Positions 54,391 to 64,000 of a stretch of 64,000 bases of DNA are shown here, in pieces (positions within the stretch are counted from its first letter, which is position 1; each line of letters begins with the position of its first letter). The translations under genes were made by a program, and so were the position numbers. Origin of the DNA: Klebsormidium nitens. Lineage: Eukaryota > Plantae > Klebsormidiophyceae. The notes beneath the pieces were generated by a model. That model searched no databases and had not been told where the DNA came from. It saw only the letters and a program-made list of their open reading frames with translations. The stretch covers positions 822 to 64,821 of the forward strand of contig DF237215.1 of the NCBI GenBank assembly GCA_000708835.1, written 5' to 3'.

Positions 54391-56992
54391 GCCTTATATG
54401 TTCTTTCTAATTACGCTTTTTCTTTGCGGAAAGGAGAAGTCCAGAGGCGTGTGTCTAGTGACACACATTAGTCGGAATGCTTTTCGGGGACAGTATTTGG
54501 GAGTGTCAACAAGGGGAGACAGGTTCACTAACCCCGTGCTTGCCATGAGTTTGGAGGACAAATTACGTCGAAGCAAGAGGGCCCGGGGATGAAAGCTACG
54601 ACCAAGGACGTGCAAGTAACTGAAACAAGTTCGTGGGACTAATTTTCCCCCGAGCTCACGGAAGAGAGGTTTGGTGAAAGTTGTCCTGTTATCTCATACC
54701 AGACTCTCAACTCTCGCTGAGCTTCAGTTTGTTTGATTGCGAATAACGAGAGTCGAGAGTTTTGAACTTCGCCAACAAAGAGCTAGGCACCTTTCCTAAA
54801 GCTATAACCAAAGCAAGGACGGCAAACTTCAGAATAACTTCTAAAGGTATTAAACCACTGCATGCGAAGTTCCTTCTCTTGGTGGGTGGGACACACCAAG
54901 AACCTCACTCCCACGAGTCTGCACTCTCCGGAAGTTGTGATGTCAAGAGCTTCTTGACGCGCAACATTTTGACGCTGTTTTGAGTCAATAGAATTTTAGA
55001 AACAATAACTTTCCGCCCATGAAAATAGCTGGCATGCAAGTTCAGATTACCAACCTTCTCAGAATAATCGCCGACCGTCGTTAGCACAGGGCATCAGAAG
55101 AAGGGTCCAACAGCAGCGTTGTAGCGACCCAGCTCTCCCTTTCAGCTGCCCCTTTTCTGCTGTCCGGGAACTAAGCTCCGTCGTCTTCTGAAAGAGAACT
55201 TGCTGTTGATTTCCTCGCGACGCCCATGTAGCGCGCGGTCCGATTCGCCCAGGAGACATCTGTTCGGTAGATGCTTTAAGAGAATGGGAACATCAGAGCT
55301 AGAATATGGTGTCGTAGCCCTTGTCGAAGAGACGCTTCGGCAGGCAGATGGATCTGATGGATGCCTTCAATCTTGAGACGTCCCATCTCACCGGTCTGTG
55401 CAGTAAAGACTACAGGGTTGAGATTCTTTGCTACAGCTTGAATAAGAACGGCCTGGTTAAATGACCGTGACAGCTGCACATGCTACTTCGTCAGTTGATG
55501 TCGACAGCTCATGAGATCAAATCTTGCTGGGGCCAAGCAGGGCATGCGGGTTGGCACTGAGCAACGCAGCTCGACTCTAGACTTGATCGGGCGACCACTT
55601 CAAGTTCTAACGAACTGACCGTGCTAGTCAGCTTCCGGCCGGACAATCCGCGGACGCCCGCTGTCGCTCACTGCACTTCAGGCGAACGACCAGGGACTTT
55701 CGTGCTGACAATCGACCTCGTGAAAATGTGGAAGCGCTCGCGCGCGCGCCCGGCGGCCCCGGGCGCCGTACGTTCCCGAGCAAGCGGCCAATGGCGGAAC
55801 GCCGGAGCCGGAACGCGGCGACTGTATGCCACCGGCAGAGGAAGCAGCCAAAGTGTGGGCCATCCCGAGCGCTCAAAGGTCCCGAGCTCACTGAGTGGGC
55901 GCTAACACTACGGAAACGAAAGACCGAGTGAGAGTAGAAGCTATTCATAACTTATTCGAATCTAGCCGAGTCACTGCGATCCGCTTCCGATCATATGATG
56001 CATGCGTCAAGCTTGCCCTTCACCCTTGCACACCTGAACTCAGCATGAGGTATGCTCTCCAATTTCTACGTCTTGAGCTGCCAAGGCGCCCAGTAATCTC
56101 GGGATGGAGCCTTCACATATAGCTGAACGTGCTGACGTACAGTGAGATACGGACCCGCAAAACGTTGACTTGCTGGCAACCACTTAACCTCCTTATAGAA
56201 GCTGGATGAAAGCGTACTAAATTTGATGGCATGAACAGAGCTAGCGGAAGGACGGTAAAAGCGTAAGCTAGTATAGCCTGGTTGGCTTGAATGGTCAGTT
56301 CGCGTAGCTTCCACGAGGCTACTTGACGTCGAAGCCTAATCTGCCACTCACAAAGGCGTCTGAAAGATCCGGTTACTCGTACTGGAACTCAGCTCATGAC
56401 CTGAATTGTAGACCCTGTTCCTCGATTTGACGGCAAACTTCGCAAACACCCAATCCGAAAGACTATCAAGATGCAATCTCACTATGCTCAACAGCTTATG
56501 CTTGGTCCGTTAATGCTATTTCGCTTTTGCTTATACCTATGCTATAAAGCATTGCGTCCAGATGCTCTTGCAAAACCTCACATCAGAAAGGGGCCTTAAC
56601 TCTGACGGGCCTACGAAGCTACCCGTGTATCGATTCACAGACACTTTGATTTTACAGCAGTCCAGCTTCTTATTATCATTTTTCTTCGGACTCTGGCAGC
56701 CCAAACGTCTAACCAACAAGTCTAGCAGACTCAGCGCTCCACACAGCATGTACACCGAAACGAAACCTTATCGAACCTTTGCAACTAAAATCTCCTAATC
56801 TAGTTCTCCAAATCTCAACTTCGCAACGAGCGCTTATGCGCTCGCTTGGCCGCCCGGTGCCTTGTCCAGTCTCCTCAAACTAGCTTCTTTCGTTAACCCA
56901 ATTTGCAAACCCACATTTATGATTTCAGAGTCACGTTTCAATCCAGTTCCCCAACTCGGTGTCTCGTCACACCCATGTCCTTAACCCGGTAT

Positions 56993-59900
56993 CTAACCCA
57001 ACTCCTCAACCAGTCTCTGCAAACCCGCCGGCGGCTTGAAGAACCGGCTGTTCGGATCGCCGACCGGGTTGTTCGGGTAGGTTCTCAACCAGCTCGCAAA
57101 CTCCATAAACCGGTCGACTCGCTGCTCCCGGGTGAAGCCCCGGATTTCCGGCGGAACCGTCTCCTCCGGCGGCAGGCCGCTGCCCTCCAAAGCCATCGCC
57201 TGGACCGTTTCGCACCGGTGCTTGCGAAGTAGCTCGTACCTACACCGGCATTACGCAGTTGTCTAGGACTCGCTTTTGACAGAATGACGACTGACTTTGA
57301 CGTACGTAGATTTTCAGCTTTGTGTTTCGCACAATTGTCGAGTTTGGTGGGCACTTCAGTTCCGTTGTTCATCGATAACCTGGAATGGATGAGCGCAGGA
57401 TTCGCTGGGCTTCGACCAAAGGGAAGACGAATAACGGACAGAAACTATTCAGACGGTCTTCTCATGCATCGTATTCGCAATAGGTCCGTTCCCCAGAAGA
57501 CTTTTGACTTTGCGAGGACCTGATTCCATCATAAGTTTGGCGTATCCCAGGCCTCCATTCACTTCTCAAATAGCGAAGGAAGCTCCTTTGACTCAGGACG
57601 GACAGACGGCCGGTTCGACAACGTCTGCAGACCATCCCGTCGAAGAGAGGATGGTTGCGCGGGCTCAAAAGCGAAGCGGGAGAAGATTGCCCCGTCTGAC
57701 ATTCGTAAGGGGGGGGCGGGGCGGACACCATGGGAAAACGGACCCCAAAAGTGGGACCGAATTATGAATGGCCCGGCAGCAGTTGTTCAAACACCGTGTC
57801 TTTCCGGCGTGAGGCTTCACTGCCACACCCTTCAGGCGCACGAGTTCAGTCCGCTGACGTCACCTTTGGAGCGCCCGTCGCACGGCGCCGCGCTCGAGCG
57901 CGCGCGGCCCCTGGGCAACTAGAGCGAGGCACAGCTGGTGCGCGTCCTCGAACGCCTGCCGGGCGCCTTCCCCGGGGCCGGGGTGCATCGCGTGTGCGGC
58001 TGCAACAAAAGTAGTCGGTAGATTCATTCCGGGTGCTATTTGAGAATCTATAAATGGGACTCGACTACCCGAGCAGGTCGTCTTGAAAGTGGGCGTTGGA
58101 CATCAAGGTGACCCACGTGGCTGTTGCGGCGTCCTCAACGCGTGGAGAGTTACTTTCGTCGTCGCTGCTAATATTTAGCTCGTGTGAATCCGGCGACGTG
58201 CATTCCATTCTCACCGGTCGCTTCTGCGGATGCATCCGCTGATCGACGCCCTCTTTAACGGCTTGAAATAGCAGAGTTTGCAATTGCACAAAAAGGGGTC
58301 GCTGAATCATCCCTGAGGCGAAAAACCCCGCCAGATGAATGTGGAGTTCCGATCCGTAGACTTAAACGAGTTGGACATTTTCCTGGTTTGAGTCAAGCGG
58401 ATCAATCACTATGACGTTTGAAGCCTCTTTCAAAACTAGTTTAGGTGCTTTTTCAGCCCGGGAACTCCACCGATTATCCAGGTGTGTAGTAGAAGTACAA
58501 GTGATTAGAGCGTTGAGAGCAGAATAAGCTCACCGTCTCCAAGGAGGACCACTCGGCTGTCCGCGTCGAGCCACGTGTCAATCGGTCCGTTCGCCATCAG
58601 CCGGCGCTCGAAGATGTCCGCCTCCGCCGTCGATTCGATGGCGGATCGGACGGCATTGTAACTACATTGGTACAGAACAAAGGGGCTTCTAAACTGGTTG
58701 TTGAAATTTTAGATTAGGTTGCGGACTCTCGGTAGAAAGACAGGTCTCATTCCAGGACTTTGCTAGGCGCTGTCAGGATCGGAGGGTGGACAGATTGACT
58801 ATCGACGATAAGTGGCCCATCCTTCAGAACAGAAATTCTCTGCGAACGACCTCGGCGCGACGAAAAGCGCACTGCTTTGCAGGTCGAGTGGCGACGTCAG
58901 CCAGGCAGTGTACTCAACCCCAAAAGTGCAGGATTGTGAGTTGCTGCTCGCAAGTCCCTCTAACTACAGTTGTGTGCTGGACACTCGCCACCGTCACCTC
59001 CGGCCAAAATCCTCGTTTACTTGTCTTTAATCCATCCGATCAGCAAGAACTGGCCAATCGGACGGCCTAAGATAGTGTGTTCGGCAGTTCCCGCAGCTTT
59101 TGAGGGTGCAAGTTTTCCGCAAACAGCTGTAACTAGTAGCACCTTGTCAGTCGCTTATGCACGAACATTACTCTGCCCAACTACAAGTCATGGAAGGTCA
59201 CTCACGCCTTTCCCAGTCCCTCGAGATGCTCCAGCGCTCTCTGTTTTGCGCCCGGTTTCCCGAGGCCCCCCCACTTCGGTCCGAGGGCGTCCGCGAGTCG
59301 GCCGTCCGTATCCCGCACGCGGACCTGCCAGAAACTCCAGCCGTGGCCTGGAGAAAACCGGGTCAGGTTAAGTATGAACCGGACAGGTTAAGTCAAGCAA
59401 GCCAAACCCACGTTTCAAAAAGGGCGTTGTGAGACGACTCCGCTTTTGGCGACTTCAAAGCCCTTGTAGACCTGTCTTGGTCGCCAAACCCCTATTACGA
59501 CAACCGTCAGATGGCGACATCGAGGCCGAAGTGCCGCATAGCATCTGCGCATACGTGGTTCGACCCATCTCGAGACTGGACAGACTAAGTCCAATTTACC
59601 CAACAACCCAAAACAGAAACGATCAAAAGCTTGCTCTATAGAAGAGAGCGTTGCGCAAGAAAGCCGATGCTTACCTGCGTCCGCCTTGAAGGTGATGAGC
59701 CCCGTGACGTCATCTTCCGTCCGGTGCAGGGTGTCCTTCTCGAGGCCCGGAATGAACTCCGTCGGAACGACGGCGTTCCAGTTCAGGTGGTGCACGTACC
59801 GCGGGGCGTCGCCTGCAGACAACACAATGGAATCATACGCCAGATGAATCGACCCGCGCCGCACAATAAGCTCAGGTCCGCGATATAATTCTCATTGCGC

Positions 59901-62900
59901 AGTACGCATCATTCCGCCGTTCCGGTCAATCAGCGGGTTGAAGGTCCTCTTAAGCGAATACGGTTTTAAAGACGTGCGCTGCTGAATGGTCATCGTCATC
60001 TCATGTCAGAAAGAAATTCTGAAGTCGGCTTCATCCGAATTGACTTTCTGACAGTAGCTCGCAGAAAGAGCGACCAGCGTTTCCAACGTTCATTCTGTTG
60101 ATTGATCCACGACCTCAACCCTACTTCTCTTTCCGAAGGTTCCTTTGCCGAAAATAGTCGCCACGAAGTGAAGTGATCGAATGGTCAATATAGCATGTCA
60201 AATTGCTGGTCAAGAAGCACCAGTAACGAATACACCTTTTCATTTGTGAGATGTCGGATAGTTGGTGCATACCTGCCATGATCTTCAACAAGGCAAGTGG
60301 GCTCCATCGAAAGCTTCTTGTGCTTTTGATTTCGAGGCGCTATCTTATGCCGAAATGTCCAACAAACTTGAAGCAGAGATCTCGAGCTTGTTAAACCACT
60401 TTCAGAGCATAGGCTTTTATCTTGTCGACAAGTCGAACCGATGATGATACCTCGACTCCGTTGGACACTTCGACAGAGCCTCGAACTTCCTAATATAGAC
60501 ACTTCGAGTTGATACTGATACCTCGAGTTTGTTGAAGGTTTGACAGAGCATAGGACTTCCTGATTTCAAATCGTTATCTCCGAGGGCATCTTTAACTTCC
60601 ACGACGATCGAAACCTTCACTATGCATAGGGTTATGAGCCGCTGACCAGCCATGATCCGCCGGACGGCGGACCGGATTCCGTCCGCACCGACCAGAAGCT
60701 TCGCTCGGACCGTCCGCTGTCCGCACGCCGCCTGCTCGTTGCGGTGCGTGTAGTGATGCTCGCCTGACGAACCCACCAGGTCGAACGTGACGTCAACGCC
60801 GTCCTGCCAGAAAGAGTCCCGATAAGAACGCGCCTCCCCTTTCTAGTTTCATTTTCTTTCATCTGCCGGAGTGTTTCCCTCTTCTTTTCTCCCAAGCCTG
60901 ATCCTCACGGAATGTTGGTGAAGCATTCAGCAATCGTGGCTCATGAGGGAAGAGAACGGACAAACCAAAGACTTCTGCAACATTGGGAAGTTGCTTGTCA
61001 GATTGAGAGTGGCCCAGCTTGAGTGAGTCCTTCGAAAGCAGCTGCTTGATCCTCAGCATCACATTCAACGCTTGTCAGCATCTGTGTTCGCCGTCTTTAC
61101 CGCTTAAACTGGCAGTTCAAAGCTTCGCCACTTGCACACAAACCACAAAAAGCCCCGCAGCTTTTAGCATCTTTGATCCAGGTAAACATATATAATCAAT
61201 AGAACGCCCTTCTTCGTCGCCAGCCCGCCACAGAGTGAAAACGCGCAATCTCCTGAGCATCTTGTTTCTGCAAGTACTTCTGGAGGGAATCCTAAAACCC
61301 TAAAAGCTCAAGCGTGGCAAAGGCCTCGAACTGCATGTCATAAGGTCTCAAAGACACGTCCTTGTGACTTGTAATGACGCAGAACATATCCCAAACTCAT
61401 GGGCTCTTTGGCTCTTATACCCTCATAAGCGCTCACCTACACGGGCTCATAAGTGCTCAGCCTATGGCCGCAGCCCAGGCCCATATATCCTCGTAAGCAA
61501 CCCCTGTACGACCTCATAACCGCTCAGCTTATGGCCGCAGCGCAGGCCCATATATTCCCATAAGCGCTCACCTGCACGGCCTCATAAGCACTCAGCCTGT
61601 GGCCGCAGTGCACACGCTCAGGGGGCACCAGTTTCGCCAGCACGTTCTGGACGCTTTGCCAGCGGATGACTGTAATCCCCATCTTGATGTTCTTCTTCTC
61701 CACCTCTTTTCCGTCTTGCAACCGGTAGGAGAGCCATTCCTTTGAGACGCTCCCCTCCTCCCGGACCGCCCGCTCTAACCCGGGTTTGAGACCGTCCAGA
61801 GCAGTGTTTGCTGCAGTGGGATAAGATGTTGCGGTTGGCTAAGCTGTGGGTTAAAGATTAGCCTGATGTTAGGGTCACCTGGCCCTTCACAGCGTCCAGG
61901 GAAAAACCTAGGTCGGCAATTTCAATCTAGGCTAGATAGCGCAAACGCTGTACGATAATTAAAGGCTAGGTTTGAATTTCAAAGTGTTGGACTCAGCACA
62001 CCTTAGCTAAGACATTTGCGCAGAATAGGCTCCAGAAAACAATTGCTAAAAATCTTTGGCGTAGAGCTTAGGTAAGTGTCTGTCCAGCAGAGCCACTCTG
62101 ATTTGAGCAAGTTGCCCAGCAGGTCTGCTTTGTAGGATACCTTTGCAGAGACAAGTAAAAGCAACTCCTATGATTCAATGAGCTGAAAGTAAGGAAGACC
62201 TTGTATCTGATGTACTTGATAGAGACCTCTGACCTTCAAGCAATACCCTGAGATGTAGAACATCCACACCTGACTATGTTTGTTTGACCCTGATTCACCA
62301 ATTTCAATTGGGACATGAGCGTACTAAGGTCATGCTCCAAGACTAAAAAGCCATAAAAGGACAGAGGACTTGATCAAAGCAAAAGCATAACGGGACGTCC
62401 AAAGTGATGCACTGGTTCGCCCAACGTGGAGACAGATGTGAGTAAAGGGGTGCTGAAGGCCCAGATAGAGCAGCTCGTTACGAGTTTCCGCGCCAGCTCG
62501 TGGAGGTCACACCAAGCCACTGCCACAGAAGTGTGCGTCTAAGAGTCATGAGAGGAGCTGAGGCGTGCAGCGTGTAGGAAACAATAGGTGCCAGGTGCGA
62601 ATTGCAGAAGTTCCAAGGACAATTAAGCATCATTGATAGACATGGTCTGCTTGTGACCTGGTGCAACTTAACGTCTTGACAGTCTGCCAGACGTTCGCCG
62701 GCATGACAGCCTGGCAGTAAAAGCACCTCAAATGCGACAGGACCAGCTCTGAATACAGAGGGTCCAATAAAGAGGGTCCAAGTGAAGCAGTAAATGACAT
62801 GGAGACGCCCTCATGAGGATGACCATAGCATGTCTCCCACGAAAGACAAGGCCCATCCATCAGACGCCCAAACAAACTCTCGAGGGACAGGGGCTGTAGC

Positions 62901-63219
62901 TATTGTAGCTGATCAGTGAACCTCTCCATATCATGGGGCCAGTATTAGCAACACCCAAAGCAGCACGTCCTTGACACCAAACAGATAACAGCCATAGGCA
63001 CATGCCTGCCAACGCACCATTGGCTGTGATGCCTATGATCGTTCCCGAACCCGTCCTGAGCTCCTGAGCCGCCTCAAAGACGTGCACATCGAAGCCCCGC
63101 TCCAACAGGCCCACCGCCAAAGCGAGCCCACCCAATCCCCCCCCTGCAATTGCAATCCCAACCTCAGCAGGGGGTGGGGCTTTCTGTTCTGTAACGCTTG
63201 CAGCTGGGAGTACAGCCAT
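56993..63219 (-). CDS. FAD-dependent monooxygenase (class A, salicylate hydroxylase/ZEP-like family), about 462 aa; exons 63219-63018, 61810-61572, 60803-60647, 59812-59675, 59347-59206, 58661-58534, 57999-57864, 57239-56993
   Basis: The joined CDS is 1389 nt and in frame, with IAIAGGGLGGLALA (GxGxxG), LLVGADGIRSAVR (DG motif) and VVLLGDAAHAMHPGPGEGARQAFEDA (GD motif). Confidence 0.92.
61421..61608 (-). repeat. Three-unit tandem array (period 67-68 nt) of monooxygenase exon-2 end plus donor; the first unit is the real junction
   Basis: TGCGGCCAYARGCTGAGYRSTTATGAGSYCGTRYAG ends at 61572, 61504 and 61437; the third copy keeps AG|GTGAGC. Confidence 0.9.
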
Positions 63220-64000
63220 ATGGCTGTCAAATCTAGCTGCTGCTGAGTTGCTCAATCAAGGGCCGTTTTAAGGAAGAGAAGATGAACAGATTGTGACGGG
63301 GCGTTGAGGCACGCGTAAAGAAACCTTTTGGTGTGCTTGGATTGCCGAGGGCAACTTGTTCAGAGGACTTTGTTCTGAGTGCCCCGTCCAGCTTGAGAGG
63401 CGGCCTTCTAAACAGCCAAATGCAGTTCCTTTGGAACTCATGGAACACGGAGAGTCAGAACTTAAAACCAAGCCCCTATAAGAGCTTGGGAGGGCAAGGC
63501 GAAGTCCTCAAAGTCTTTCTGTTTCGGGCGGCCGCATCAAGCACTCAGAATCAGACGCGCCATGATTCTTCCTTCCAAACAACTTTGGCTCCACTCCAAA
63601 CTTCAAACTTCAAAGCTCGTCCACTAGGTGCATTATGCACCACAATGGGAGCTCGGAGCCATGACGGGGAAGGCCCTTGCATCCAACGTCCACCGTTCGT
63701 TGCTGCGAATCTTGCGGCGACATTTTCTCGCTGTCAGAACGCCTGACAAAAGCATCCTCTTTGAGTCTTTGTGCGGTGGCGTCCATCCGACTCCAACGTG
63801 TCAATCAATTTTCAATCAATCAATCAATTTATTTTATAGTCCCGTAGGAGCCATGGGTGGCTCATGAGACAAGGTCTGAATGTAGTCTCGAGTCCTAAAC
63901 GCCTCTCTAACAAAGCTAGCAACCCTCTGTTGGTTCTCCTGACCTATAAAATGACGCAGACTAAATGCGGACTGGCCAACAAACAAATCCATGTACCGCT

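Noticed and set aside
52208-54592. Many long plus-strand ORFs (e.g. 52760-53329, 53360-53986)
   Set aside because: Antisense shadows of the GC/purine-rich 826-aa ORF; low-complexity F/S/P/R translations.
58065-58310. 81-aa ORF (MIQRPLF...)
   Set aside because: Inside monooxygenase intron 6; the GD motif is completed without it.

Overview
Eukaryotic nuclear DNA, not prokaryotic: intron-rich genes with GT/GC-AG introns and CTAAC/CTGAC branch points, at moderate GC. A near-textbook land-plant-type SIK1 kinase plus the general gene style suggest a streptophyte green alga such as Klebsormidium (inference only). I hand-spliced about 13 genes: an SLC12/CCC cation-chloride cotransporter (runs off the window start), an Aurora-like kinase, a small secreted protein, an unknown minus-strand multi-exon gene, two coiled-coil proteins, an F-box + Trp-variant LRR protein head-to-head with a membrane protein (both apparently intronless, each with a frame lesion), SIK1/MAP4K, a basic-region His/Gln-rich nuclear protein, an 826-aa intronless K/R-rich ORF and an FAD-dependent monooxygenase. 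There is also a 5'-truncated LINE fragment. The most striking unexplained pattern is 'splice-junction echoes'. At five loci in three genes, a splice site plus the adjacent exon piece is tandemly copied 1-3 times into the neighbouring intron. Several copies keep intact splice signals, use of any intact echo I could read through would give a premature stop, and several differ from the real exon mainly at synonymous positions. Also notable: three probable GC-AG introns, several apparent frameshifts in long ORFs (biology or assembly error), and decayed coding-like DNA at about 7-13 kb. No tRNA, rRNA or CRISPR array was recognised.
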